Shown here: positions 1 to 12,604 of the stretch, one piece after another
How positions within the stretch are numbered: the first letter of the stretch is position 1
Layout: each line of letters opens with the position of its first letter
Assembly: GCA_964036045.1 (NCBI GenBank)
Contig: OZ038378.1
Span: 56,296,001 to 56,360,000 of the forward strand
Direction of reading: 5' to 3'
DNA length: 64,000 bases
Origin: Eutreptiella sp. 'Long Island Sound 2002'
Lineage: Eukaryota; Protista; Euglenida
Notes under the pieces: model-generated
Database searches by the model: none
What the model was told of the DNA's origin: nothing
Seen by the model: only the letters and a program-made list of their open reading frames with translations
Position numbers and translations under genes: made by a program

Positions 1-285
1 CCCCCCCCCCGCACCCCCCGTGGTGCGAACTCCAAGTGCACATGCCCGCCCGTGCGGCCCAAGCGAGGCTGTGGGGAGGCGGATGTGTCGTGCATGGCCT
101 CCGGCACAATAGTGCGGCACCCCCATGCCCACTTCAGCACGAATGGCACATTGTCTATGTTGGGGTGCATAGTGCACAACCATAGCCACGGAAGCCGCGG
201 TAGAGTTTCTTGGCGCCTAGCCTTTGCTCTATGTTGGGGCGGCGTAAACAATGCCGCCCCTCCGCATGATGCAGGACCCACCACA

Positions 286-2530
286 TCATCGTCTGGCTCC
301 TACACCTTGTATTGTTGGCCTCTGTGGACTCCGTTCCGTACCATGGGGCATGATAGAAATCCAGTGGCATCCGCCTTCATCGCCGTCTTTGCAACTCCTT
401 TGCCTAGACACTTCTCCCGCCAATGTGGGTCGCCGCCACGCGCGGCTGCGGGTGTTACTTGGGCTCGCTGCGGCTTGTGTTTTTGTCACGCCCCACTCGA
501 ATGGTAGTGCCCTGCCCATGGTTTTGAATAATATTTGCGCACCCGCTGCAGATGATACCATACCGCCATCTGTCTAGTGGGGAGGGGTCGCCCCTTCACC
601 TCCACAAGTGTGCCGGTTGCTAGCGTCACCGACAAGCGGCACTAAGCAGTGATAGCAGCCGGCAAAATGGACTGTTGTCCCGCCGTTTTCCCAGCATGGT
701 AGCTGCCAGACGAACCACTCGGCCTTTTTCCTATAGGGAGATATCTTTGCCTGTGAATCCTAATTGCGGGTTGGGCAGGAGGGCTTGCCCCGCATGGGAC
801 TAAAAGTTTATGACTACCTCCATGAAGCATGTTCGCTTGTGCCTATTTGGTAGGCTGTCATCCGGTTGTAGCAATTGAAGCTCTCGCACCAGCTATAGTA
901 TAGCCGGTAGGAAGTGTGCTCGCCATTCCGGTCTCTAGGCATTGCTCCCATTGCTGGCACTTCCGTCAGTCGTGTTTTCCGGCAGGGGAGCTGCAGTTGA
1001 TACCAGGGGTAGCCTTGGCGTTGTAATGTGTGTTTCTCCGCTAGGAGAAAAAGACCAACCTCCTCCTCATTCCGCATTTTGGTGCCGAGCACCGTAAAGA
1101 ACATACCGTGCATATTGTGGATATGCTACTCTAGCGCGTCGTGTCTTCTGTTGCCCATCGTTGCCCCTTCAAGGCAAGCTCTGCCGGTTGCCGGCAAGCC
1201 TCATCCTTGTTCTCCCCCGAGCGCAGCACCCAATGCCGGGAGACCCGGTTCACTTCCTGCCTTCTTTTCTTCCATCCTAATCATCGCGCCAACCCACTGC
1301 GAGCCACCAGAGACCCCCACAGCAGCCCACATAGGCAAAGGCACGGTGGCCATTTGGACGCTACCAACCTTTTGAGAGGACTTGCCAGGAGCATGACATC
1401 TTACAAAAAAAGCTGTTGGGCTATGCTCCACGCCTCGCACCAGCACCACAGGTGCTGTTCATTCTCGTGTCCCCGTTGACGCAATATGGGCAGCAGTCAT
1501 CAAGGCGGAGCCCTCTTCGGGGAGCCCTATCAGCCGTCTAGATGGCTTCCGCCGAGGCCCCCCTAAGCAGTAACGTGTCTAAGTCTATGGCACACAGCAA
1601 GCTAGCCAAGCATCGTCTCTTTGCCTCGGCGTGCTCCCATTCCTCCGAAGGTGCGTAACCTTCTCTTTTCTAGCGACGCCAGCTTGTTTCCTCGGAGCGC
1701 TACTCTGAAGAGGTGCTCCACGTACTCTTTAGGGGCATGTACCGGGTGTACCGCCCTCCCCATGCGCGGCAAATTCCACTGCCACCACGCCCGCGTGCAT
1801 TGCCATCCTAGTCTGCCAAATTCATGTAGTGCCCTTCGGAGCAGGCCAGCTGCCTTAGGCGAGTCCGTTTGTTCCCATATCGCGTGCCCCACAGTCTGTG
1901 CCGTGCTAGGGCTCCACGCAAGCTGCGCCAACGGACACATCCTGTTGTAGGACACCACCATGGAGCGGGCCACTCTGTGCCCTAGTAGCAGCAGCGAGAA
2001 TGCTACTTGCTTTGCCCTGCAAGGCCTGCTTGGGCCCAAGACTGCTACCAAGATGGCACACTCAAGGCCGTGTGCTTCCAGTTGTGGTACGTCCGCTACC
2101 TCCATTCCAAAAAAAATGTGCTACTACTATCATGATACCCGTCTTGGTGGCCTTGCAGTGAAACCCTCCAAGTTTGCTGTAGGTCTTGTTCCGTGCCTTC
2201 TTGCCCTCAGTGAAGTGGCGCAAAAGTAGCGATGGTGCCCCGCTCCGTGGCACTGTGCTTACTCGTAGCCCCCGTTGCCGAAACTCTCGTTGTAGCGCAT
2301 CTACACTCCATCTAGGGTCGCCTCTAGGGCCTCCGGCTTCCTACATGCTGCGGTGGTCAGCGAAAAGGCAAGCAACTTTTTTGTGTTTACTTCCTCACGT
2401 GTAAGCCTCAGCAACTTGCCGGTTGCAACCGGCATGGCCCGGAGCAAGAGCAGGCAGAAGATCACCATGTAGGTGTCGTCTGCATATCCCTCTACTGGTC
2501 GGTGGGGTTGCACTTTGCATGCAGACGTGT
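286..2530 (-). mobile_element. Heavily decayed 3' part of a non-LTR retrotransposon (RT C-terminus, then RNase H-like remnant)
   Basis: ORF 2301-2513 reads EGYADDTYMV...LLRLTREEVNTKK (YADD at 2475-2486, then the vNxxK motif of LINE RTs). Downstream on the same strand, GSSGSYHAGKTAGQQSILPAAITA (642-830) resembles the RNase H GxQT..RAE region. Many stops and frameshifts. Confidence 0.5.
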
Positions 2531-3480
2531 TACTCCGGTGGGGGTGCTACCAGGGGGGCGGGGGGGGGGGTTAGTGGTGAAAACTCAAGATAGTTGTATT
2601 GGGGCTGGCCATGCTTAAAATTGCGGGACCACGGGAATTCTATGTTGGGCCATTGTGTCTATGGTCGGTCAGAATATCTCTGCTGACATGTGTTGGTGTG
2701 CGATTAGAAAATTGTGTAAGAACAAAACACGCAAACCTTTTCCCTAGCCCCTCCTTGCACATCTGACGTCTCCTGCCGGCGAGGTCATGTTGGGAGTTGA
2801 TAGACCACCCTGACATTTTGATTGTGCTTATGTATAGCAGTTCTAGAAGAAGTGGAACACCATTGCGCAGTAGCGTGAGCACCTGCTGGTGCAGAGGCAT
2901 GTTAATTGGGATGCAGCGAAAACCGCTTTACAAGAGTCTAATACACTCTTGCGGCAATCACGTGATAGATCCTTGCAACGCAATAGTCCGCGTAGCCCGG
3001 CTACCGCTAGAGTGGGATTGAGCTTAGGAGGCCCATAGTGGCCCCTATCGTTTTTTCAAAAAAAAATCATGTCGTGCACAGAGCCTAGCCTCTCTGCTGC
3101 ATAGCCAAGCGTAATGGAGGGGTGGTTCCCAGCCAAGGTGTATGGGGAGGAGGAACGACACGCAATTTAGGGTTGCGAAGCAGCAAAAAGGCACCATTTT
3201 GGGCCCCCACAGCACATGAGCGCAGCCACTGTTTTTTGCCATTTTGGAGGTCTGAAATACGGAAAATGGACCAGCCGCACCATATAACTATGTTTCACAA
3301 TCTGGTATCACAAATGGAGCACGTATTTGGCAATAGCACGTGCTGCGGTTCTTCTAGCACTCGTGGTATTGTGACGGCAATGATGACCTTATATGCACCG
3401 CCTGTGAAGAGAGTGTCCGGTATCACAACAGAGAAAAGCACCTGTATGAAAGGAGGGTGCAAAGTAGCATTCCTGAAAGG

Positions 3481-4560
3481 CCGGGCTCTGCAGAGCCCAG
3501 AAACATGAAATTCACTAGAAATAATGGTAATAATACAGGGTTGTACACAAACACAACAAGGTACAGGCAAGTAGGTAGTAACAGGGCGTGAAATAGGGAA
3601 TTCCTACTGGCTGGGGTCTGCAGAGCCCAGCTCGTTACAAACAACATACAACACCAATGAATTACGCTACTGATAAACAAGCCAAACCACCAACGTACTT
3701 AATATATGGGACATATGACCAGATAGTAAATGTACGAGCACTGCACAGCATGCATAAAAGTCGACTGCAATAGATTAGGGTATGTTGTAAACAATGTGTC
3801 CTGAAACTCCCATAGAATCAGACGCACCACAGCAATAGAAACATTACCTCACCGAGCTTGGAATACACTTGCGTGCAAACAGTCTAAGGCTTGTTGTATC
3901 GTACTCCTCAATGGCTACCGACTGTCATACTTACACAATGCCACGGTGGCACCAGTGTAAAACACGATGAAGAGGAACGCGGCAGAAAGGCATAGAAAAA
4001 CATACTACCAGACCACATGTAGAATAGGTTTCACAGTGTCATAGCGCTATTATGTCACACAAAAGGGGGCAAAATGGGAAATTGTGAAGGTTTGGGCTCT
4101 GCAGAGCCCAGCCAACAGAGAAACCCTAATAAGCACCCCTCAAGTACCAAGATTATGAATGCTGGGCTCTGCAGGGCCCAGGTTGTTGAAAAATCCTCAT
4201 ATAGGCCGTGTTTTGGCAGTTCCATCTAGATTATGTGATGCCTGGTGTGGCACCCGTCTTTGATCATTGCCCACCGGTAATGTAGGTAGGAGTTGTATCC
4301 TTGATTCCTGTTGCTGCTGATCTATTCGGGGACAATGTTTAGGCTGAATATTCTAGAGTGTCGGCAAGAGTATACCACTTAACCCAGCGCCATGTAGCGT
4401 GGCCACTTGACCACTGTATACATGAGCCAAATGTTGTACCGGGGGTAGGTACAAAGGGTATAACTTGTAACCTGGGCTTTGCAGAGCCCAGAGATCTAAA
4501 ATGTGTAATATTGGGGCCTAAAATGAGTTACACAGCTAATCTGGGCTCTGCAGAGCCCAG
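3481..4560. repeat. Cluster of six copies of the 20-bp palindrome CTGGGCTCTGCAGAGCCCAG (probable non-autonomous DNA transposon)
   Basis: Copies at 3481, 3611, 4092, 4162, 4472 and 4541 (0-1 mismatch each), arranged as three pairs. No ORF of note between them. Confidence 0.8.
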
Positions 4561-4659
4561 CCTGATGCAAAAATGCAGATTTGCACCCCCTTTTTACCAT
4601 ACGCGAAACACCACCCCTCACCCCTTTTTTCGCTAAAACGATAGGGGGCACTATGCTTA

Positions 4660-4672
4660 GGCCACGCTAACT
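4660..4672 (+). repeat. Left terminal inverted repeat GGCCACGCTAACT, preceded by TA
   Basis: Exact reverse complement of 46800-46812 (16/16 including the flanking TTA/TAA); imperfect similarity continues inward. Confidence 0.65.
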
Positions 4673-5029
4673 GCCCACCCCCCTACCCACAGACTGGGCT
4701 CCGCGGGGCCATACTGTACCCCCCCAGCCCCAAAACAAGGTATGAATTATGCACCTAGGGGACCCCTTGCACCTGGTAGGAAAAAATGAGTACCTCTATT
4801 TACCTGAAATGACATTCTCATGTAACCACAGTTACCAAAACACAATAAGCATGCATGTTTACTGCAAAAGCAGAGGCACAAAGAAGGTTTCTTAAATACA
4901 ATAAACCTTTCCAGTGTTACACACAAATGTATCATTCTGCGAGGCGATCCAGTGCAAGAAGTAGGGTAGCACACACTTGGCAAGGGTTCCTACACCCTGT
5001 GTGTGCCCAAAAGCTGTCAATTGACTGTC

Positions 5030-5170
5030 CGTCAAATTCATGCATCATAACCAAGGTCTCTATTTGCCATTAATGGGACCTTTGGGCGAAATTTCTTCCA
5101 GCTTTACAAAAATGCAAACACGATCCGTGTATTCCGGGAAATACTTGAGCCTGGGCGAAATTTCCTCCAG
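5030..5170. repeat. Subterminal repeat block with CTGGGCGAAATTTCGCCCAG-type motifs
   Basis: Motif copies at 5082 and 5151. The block tcaaattca...gtctctatttgcca...gacct.gg.cgaaatttc is the inverted homologue of 46520-46640. Confidence 0.7.
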
Positions 5171-5348
5171 CTTTAGTAAAACACAGAAAAACAGTGCGCA
5201 AAACGTCAATAGTATCTGCACAGACCGCGTAGAACAGCATTCTGACGTGTAACAGGGGAAACATACAACACAGCAGTCAAAGATTACACCACTGGCACTC
5301 TCTCGCCGCTTCCTGGGGCTACGTGCCTTTGGTTTTGCACCCTTACGA

Positions 5349-7986
5349 CTAAACCGCCAACCATTTGCTGTGGTGCCTGGTCACCAGGCATCTCACTATT
5401 GGCACTACCAGCGGCACCACGTCAATTCTGTGTCTGCTGGGACGGTGTGAGGTGGGCTGCAAACATGCCCAGCGCCTTGTTGGGTGGAGGCTCTGCTGTG
5501 AGGGGCTTGCTCCAGCCTTTGATTTTTTGGCCTTGGCGGGGGTGCCGTCCCCCTGCTTGCCGGTTGACTTTGGGGGGGGGGGGGGGGGTTCCTGTGACTC
5601 ACCGTCCTCTTCCTCTGGTTGGGTAGCCTCCCCTTCTTGCTCTACATACCTCCTTCCTGTACAATCTACTAGAAACCCATCTGCAAGGTCTTCACACACT
5701 GGGTCCCACTGGATTGGTGCCACAGTGTCGCAGTTCGACACAGCAGCCCTCAAATCAATAACAAATGACTCAGGAATAGACTTCTCCTCGGACAAGTAGG
5801 CAACTGCCATGTTCCCAGGGGACATGCCTTAGATGGACAGGGCTGCAGAAAAATCTGGATGATGTCGGTAGACCATTACCCATGTACTACTATTCTGCTG
5901 AATCAAATCCAAAGCATACAGCAAATAACAGAACACTTCAATAGGAATGGCAATCGTCAGGGGGCCCTGAATATAAGAAAGATATCGGGGTAGGCGTGCA
6001 AAAAACTGGTGCAGACTACACGGTGCAAGAGAAGTTTGTCCCATGCTGTACAGTGCTGATAGCTTGGGCAGGTTGTACACACATACATCAGCATGGAAAA
6101 ATTCCTCAGCACAGGCAGATTTCAGGTTGCTAACGCAGGCTCGAACATCAGCAGTCTAACCAGTGACTACCACCAAAACACCATTCAATACATTTTGTGC
6201 CACAATATTGTGCAGGGCCAATGTCCACATACGTGGGACCTCAATCAGGATGCAGACCAATGGCAGTGCACTAATAAAGCTGGGAGCAGGGCAGCCTGCC
6301 CACAAAGGGAGTAGCTCAACTCTACCCTCATCCTTCCGAACTTTTCCTGTCTCTGTCTCAATAATGGTATCACCCAACTTAAGACTCGGATGCCCACCAT
6401 CAGCCTTTTCAATACTTGGTGTCACACGGGGCTTGCGAAGCCTATCACGTAACCCGTGGTAAAGGTCGGAGGTGCAAAAGACTGCCTTGAGAACAGAAGC
6501 CCATGGTGGCCAAGGTGACTCGGGACTCCACACCCAGCTGCCATACGGGCCATAATACGACATTCTTCTTTGCACATGGTCACGGTACCTAGATTTGCTG
6601 CAGAGGGTATACACAGCACACAAATGAGGCAGTTGAAAAATGGTATGCTTATGAACGAAAATAGAGAGACCTGGGCGAAAGTTCGCCCAACTCATCGTCA
6701 GCAAAGAAATAAAGACCACGAAATCACTACCACTTAGAGTGTAGAATAATGAAGCATACCCCTTGACGCGTGCACAAACCCCTCCGTGACTGCATCCGGA
6801 TGGAGCACATGCCAACCCCACAACTGCTCAACTTTGGCCAACTTTATTTCACGTTTGATTCCCAGTACTGTGCTTTTCGTACCCGAGATGTAGAGTACAA
6901 TGCTTGACAGTCTGTATTGCATTAATCCTTCGCACTCTTTGAATACCCCAAGCGCCGGTTCAACATCTCGCTTCTCCATCCCATAGATAGCGTCAACAGC
7001 TGGCTGCCCGATGAATTTGACAAGTTTGCCCAACCCTGCCCAACGCTTGGCTACACTGACCTTAAGACAGCAAGAGACATGTAAAAAAAAAGGCTTATAG
7101 TACTGTGTAACGGATACAGTCGAAACTTTGAACACACCACGTTGCCTTCATCAGCTGTAATACCAATTTCAGCCAACATGTTCCGAGTATGGGTGAGCAG
7201 GGGGGCATCTGGATCCTCCGCAATATGCCCTAGTAAGAGTGCCATCCGTTCACTGGTTGTTGACACACTGCTGCTTGTGGTGTGCACTTGATGAAGCCCT
7301 GCTAGCTTTGTTCGTATGGGCAAAGGGGTGTCTCTTCTAACCTCGAAGCCTTCAAACTCTCGGGTCCATGTAGGCAGGGGGTGATTTTTGGATTCCTTGC
7401 CCTTGCGATGTTGCATAGCAGCCGTGTAGATGTGCTGACCCCCAATGGCATACCAAAACCCAGCTGTACATGAGGTAACAGGCAGTACATAGTAAAATCA
7501 AATGGCACTAAAGATCGAGTACAATCAAAACAGGACAAGGCAGAACATACGCACGCCAAGTACCAACAGTAAATCGTCAATACAATCAGGTGGCGGTGCC
7601 CTTAATAAATTGTCAAAGCGGGCTTGGACTCGGTCGGGGTTCAGCCCACGAACCTGGCCTTCAGAGCGGTCTCTATCAATTAAGATCTGATCCCATCGCA
7701 GACGAATGTGTTTTGTGGAGGTGAGGTAATTTGCCAGATTGACTTCTGCTTTTCCTTCGGGTTTTGGCTTTGGCTTGGGTTTGGCGGCTTGTTTGGGCTG
7801 TGGTTCTCGTGCGGGGGCTTCAGCAGCAGCGGTTCCCTCACTTCCATTAAGATGATCTTCATCATTGGCCAGGTTTTCGGGCGATGTACCAACATTTTGA
7901 GAGATTTCCATAGAAGACATTGCTTGGAAAGTAACAAAACAGCGGGTGCAGAGTGCAGAAATGGTGATATCCAGGTGCTCAGACAA
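5349..7986 (-). pseudogene. Decayed minus-strand ORF pieces of unknown function, probably transposon-internal
   Basis: Run of same-strand ORFs (7525-7986, 7051-7416, 6734-7135, 6156-6821, 5829-6080, 5349-5825) lying between palindrome blocks; no domain recognised. Confidence 0.35.
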
Positions 7987-8099
7987 AAATATATGCCAAA
8001 TTAGATCAAATTTGGAGAACCCAAGTTCAAAAACAGAAACTGCCGTACAACAGGGATGACACAGTGCTGAAGGATACCAAATTCACATTGACTGGAAAG

Positions 8100-8189
8100 C
8101 TGGGCGAAATTTCGCCCAGGTCTGGTAGTTTTAAATAATACCACGCTCAAAATCATGAAAGCCGGGCGCGTGTGCGAAATTTCGCCCAG
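8100..8189. repeat. Perfect 20-bp palindrome CTGGGCGAAATTTCGCCCAG plus a second near-copy
   Basis: Perfect at 8100-8119, near-copy at 8170-8189, another near-copy at 6671-6690. Confidence 0.85.
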
Positions 8190-8221
8190 CTGGAAGCACA
8201 ATAGCATACAACAAAGTCAAA

Positions 8222-9950
8222 TCAGTCCCAACCTTGGGTACTCCGTCCCAACTCCTCTTCCTCATCAAGCATTTCCAAGGACGAGTCACTACGCACCTCT
8301 TCTGGGCCCTCACTGGCACTGTCAACAGAATTGAAATCATCTACCACCGGTATAGCAGCAGGCATGGGGTGTAGGGCGGGGGGTTTGGGGGGGGGGGGGG
8401 TCTCGGGGAGGGGAGGGGGGGCTGGGGGGACGACCACCAGCACACCGCGCGCTGGGGGTTTGGCGGGTGGTTTTGGAGCGTTACCACCGGCTGTGTTCAT
8501 ACTCTGGTAGTGTGCACTTCGCTGCCTCTGATCGTTTCACACTGTATGCATTCAGAAAATCCTCCGGACCATTGGGTACTTTAGTCTTGGCAATTAGACA
8601 CCGTAGGCTATGCCGAACAAGGCTCAAAAATTGCCGCTGTGCAACCCTTGTATGCGACAACAATCCCAGAAATTGTATGCGGGGGGCTTCATCAAGACGT
8701 TTGACCACATACATATCCTCTTCCAGACCAGCAATGGGGAACCGGCCATGTGATATGTTTTGAATCAACAAACGCACGTGCTTTTTGTACTTGTCCATAG
8801 ACTTCTGCGTCGGGACACCCTCGCATTTTTTCTCTGCTGGAAGTGTGGGGGGGAGAGTTAAAAAAATATTGGTTGTCTGCTGCACTGACTGGGCATTACC
8901 AACCTCCTTTGACCTCATGAGTAGGCGACTAAGCATTGCTTTGCACTCATCCTCAGAAAACAGGCAACCAAGTGCCCGGGTGTGCCAGGCGGACCAGAAA
9001 AGCAGTGCTACAGTATTGGTACGCAGGTATTCAGTGCTCAGCCACTTTTCAGAACGTATGACATTCATCATCAAGACAGTACTCATTCCAATGCATTCTT
9101 TTGCAGCTGCACTGGAATGCAGAGAGCGACCGTTCTAGTTACATTCACGCACAAAAACCCCTAGTGCGAGGAGTGTTGGGCAGTACGAGTATAACAGGGC
9201 CTTCAGGGCTAACAGACATTTCAGACCCAGTCTTTGGGCATCAGAGAACTCAGCAAGATTACTCATAAGGAACTGGGCGGTACTATTAAGCGGTGCTTTG
9301 TTAGCAGCTGTAGCCTGGAAGAAACCAACAATGGTTTTTTCCATGTGACGCAGTTTGACTTTCATGGGCACCACAGCTCCTGCCTTCAGGTCCCGACCCT
9401 GCTCAAGAAATTTAATAATAGGGGCAAATGCCGTATAGGTTATTTCCACGGAATACTGATATGGGTGCCGGACACCGTAAAGCAACGGGTGTCCCAACAG
9501 GAAGTGGTCTACGTGCCAGGGGGCATAGCTTGCTCGAGCGACATTTTCAGGAGTGCGTAAAAGACCTTCATGTCAAACAGAAATGGCACAATCCGTCTCG
9601 TCTTCACCTGCAAGCATTCTAGCCCCCTGGCAAACTCCAACGTGACTTCCGCATTTCGGGTGTGATAACAAAAAGGGCCTGCAGTTGAGGGATACCATAG
9701 CATTGCCAGCATAGTCCAGAGGTGCACGAACCCAGATCCGCACAATAGGCCCATCTAAGACTGTACTTCTTTGCAACAACAACCCAACAAAGCGAACAAG
9801 GTAGTCAACAACCCCGGGTATACTTTGTGCAACAGCATTTGTTTTTATCAAAAGGGCCAGTTCACAAAGTGCCAAGGGCCACTGTGGGCCAAGTTTGATG
9901 TAAGATACAGATTTCGGCTAGGCCAGGGTGTGCATACGGGCTGCAGCTCA
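8222..9950 (-). pseudogene. Decayed transposase-like ORF, C-terminal part
   Basis: Frame-broken pieces 9573-9875, 9509-9754, 9135-9497, 8481-9086 and 8222-8500, with motifs VPFLFDMKVFYALLKM and LLYGVRHPY. Shares atgctgttgcacaa.gtat (AVAQxI) with the N-terminal piece at 45651-46244. Family assignment is uncertain. Confidence 0.4.
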
Positions 9951-9989
9951 TGACTGCGCCCCCATGGTTTCCTGTTGAGGTGGGTGTAG

Positions 9990-10979
9990 TCATGTCATTG
10001 GAATTTCCCACTCATTCGGATCCCAGTGCGTTTTGTGGCGTTTTGGTAGCGGTTGCAACGGGACTTCCCACAAAGTGGGGTCCCAATGTTCGCGCGGCCG
10101 CTTCCGTATCACGTACATTGTCTGTCGGGCTGGTCGTGTTGTTTGCCAGTAGTGTGTTGTCTTATCTTTGCAGGCGTCGTGGTACCACTGTGTCATGTTT
10201 GTCAGGTATTTCTGCTGGCGCCACATGTAGGTTGCCTGTCGTTGGTACAGGTCAAGTAGTTTCTGGGTGCCAGCACTCGATCTCCGGTATCGGTCGCTGA
10301 TCAGCAGCAGCAGTTCTGCATCTTCATACCATAGCCCTGTGTCATGTTTTGCCTGATCATACCGTTGCCTACGTATTTGGCACAAGTGTGCGTGTGTGTC
10401 CTTCAGTTGTTGCGCTTGCATCTGTTCCTCGACTAGCTTGGTGACGAGCCTGTGGTAGTCTGTTTTAGCCGTCAGTGTGTTGGTGTAGCACATGTGCAGG
10501 GTGCGTAGGTGTTGCCTTGCCACCGCATCGGCGTGTGCTCTGTGGTATATGTCGTGTGCTTGCTGTGCGTGTTCTTGTGCCAACCTGTCTGCTGTCGTAC
10601 TGTACTGTTTCCATCGCTGTGTGTCAACGCTGAGACGCTGACATTTCTTGGTGTGTTCGTCTTGTGCTGTGATAGTTGCTCGTGTTGCAAACGATGCCAC
10701 TGCCTCATCGTCGCCTGCGCCGCGCGCATCACGTAACCATTGGTCGGGGTCGATGGCCTCCTCCGTCGCGACCTCGGTCTTACGTTTGGGTTTCGTGCCG
10801 CACCACATGGGCGCCCCGACGTGGTTCCGTAGGTTTTGTGGCGTTTCACGCGGCGGAAGTGCCTGAGCGACGTATTTGGTTAGCCACAGGGGTGACGGTG
10901 GTTGTTGTGGCGTAGGGTCGGCGTACTTTCGTCTTAGATTTTGGACGGGCTGCATCATGTGAAACTGGAACAGGCCCAC
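9990..10979 (-). CDS. 329-aa C-terminal extension ORF of the LINE (Q/H/R-rich, helical)
   Basis: Open frame directly 3' of the RNase H and Cys-rich segments, same strand and composition; no known domain recognised. Confidence 0.5.
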   Translation of the reverse strand: MGLFQFHMMQPVQNLRRKYADPTPQQPPSPLWLTKYVAQALPPRETPQNLRNHVGAPMWCGTKPKRKTEVATEEAIDPDQWLRDARGAGDDEAVASFATRATITAQDEHTKKCQRLSVDTQRWKQYSTTADRLAQEHAQQAHDIYHRAHADAVARQHLRTLHMCYTNTLTAKTDYHRLVTKLVEEQMQAQQLKDTHAHLCQIRRQRYDQAKHDTGLWYEDAELLLLISDRYRRSSAGTQKLLDLYQRQATYMWRQQKYLTNMTQWYHDACKDKTTHYWQTTRPARQTMYVIRKRPREHWDPTLWEVPLQPLPKRHKTHWDPNEWEIPMT

Positions 10980-11084
10980 CTCTGTCCGTAGTTTATGCCG
11001 TTCTGTAGTGGGTATAGCGTCGATGAGAGAAAGTGGTACGAGCAGTCTGGCACAGAGCCATAGCTCTTGGCTGTTGGCCGTTCG

Positions 11085-11396
11085 CTACCATTGGTACGTG
11101 TATCGGGCCCAATCAGTCCAGCTCTTGCACCACAAGTCCCAGAAATCGCTCCAGGTGGGACAGTAAGCCAGTCTCGACTGCACTGATGCTCCGTGTTGTT
11201 GGCCACACTGGGAGCAGAGGGTGGGTGTTCGTCCCCAGGGGGCACCCACTCCCCACCAACGCACCTGCCCCCACAGCCAGGGTGTCCACGCGTTTCGTCT
11301 GTAATGCTTCATAGGGAGCCAGCTCACCCAGTGTACCTCTAGTGTTTGTTTTTGTCTACGCACTTGCATGATCCATGCCTTGGCAGGCGTGGGCAT
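11085..11396 (-). pseudogene. LINE C-terminal Trp-rich / Cys-His zinc-binding-like segment
   Basis: CSQCGQQHGASVQSRLAYCP just downstream of RNase H, the usual position of the LINE C-terminal zinc motif. Confidence 0.5.
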
Positions 11397-11429
11397 GATT
11401 TGTCCTGTGATGACAATATCATCGGGTTG

Positions 11430-11850
11430 TGGTTGTTAGGAGTCCATGGGCAGGTTGTCGCCTATATTGGCAAGGACGTCGGAGTCCTGTATATCCTGGT
11501 AGTCTTTATACGTGGTGGCTTGTTCTATATTACGGTGTCCCGGTGTCCATCGTATCGTCGGTCGTTTCGAGGTGGAGTTGAGGTACCCTATGTAGCGGTA
11601 GTCGTGGTCGTTGACCACTCCTTTGCGTTTTATAGGTGTGGCTTTCACCACACTCTGGTTGTCAAGTATAATGTCGTCTCCAGGTTTAGCCAGTTCGGAG
11701 GCCAAGGCGCAGGCGATCGTCTCGGCCCGATACACCTATTGAGGCCCGTGCACCCGGAAGGCCGCGCGGTAGGTCCCGTTGTAAAAGCCACCTCCTGCGC
11801 GTCCGTGTCGTTTCCACCCGTCTGTGTACCACCGGGTGGTGGTGGGTTCT
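11430..11850 (-). pseudogene. RNase H domain of the LINE (one in-frame stop)
   Basis: WYTDGW...AGGG...GPQ*VYRAETIA...IILDNQSVV...IRWTPGH...SDVLAN contains the D-E-D-D catalytic pattern. Confidence 0.85.
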
Positions 11851-12604
11851 CCCGTGTAGTGTACGGTGATCCCGTGGATCTTCCGCTGGTGGGGCACTGC
11901 CTGACATACCTCGTGGGATTCTTTAGGGGTTGGCTCATCTGGAGGGTTCATCAAGCCGTAGTCTAGGCGGTTGGTTGCCGGCCGCGTCTTCCCTGCATGT
12001 GACTCTAAGTCCTCCTCTGAGCTCTCCGAGTCATAAAGTCCCGCGGACAAGGGTGGATGTTGCCTGGGTTGGGATATACGCTGACCCACCGTGCCCCCTA
12101 GGGCTCGGACGGCGTCAATGTATTTATATTGAGTTGCTGTGAGTTGTTGTGTAGGGCCGGTGTGCTGCAGCTCTTGTTGGCCAATGGTGACCCACCGGGT
12201 GATGTAGGACCACCACAACTAGCGGAGGCCAAGTCCCCCTTGGCTGAGGTTGGTGGTCAGCCGCTGTTTGTTCATTTGCTGTTGTATCCCGGGTGTGTCC
12301 CTGATGTACTGCAGCAGTATGTCGTCCCAGCGCGCCATCCGAGTCCTGTTTCCGAGGAAAAGCCACCTATAAGTCCACCGGGGGATGAGGACGGCGTTTA
12401 TGATGGCCACCTTTTCGTAGGCGTTAAGCGGCAGGGTCCTATATATGCCGCTACGTCGTGGTGCAGTTGTGTGGTGACCATGTCCCATGCTGTGTCTTCT
12501 TGTGTGGGATGGGCGAGCACGTGCCGCAGGTACGTCATTATGGGTGGACGCACAGGGATGAGCTGGTGCTGCCAAGTGATGGGTGTTAGGTCGTAGTCCT
12601 TAGC

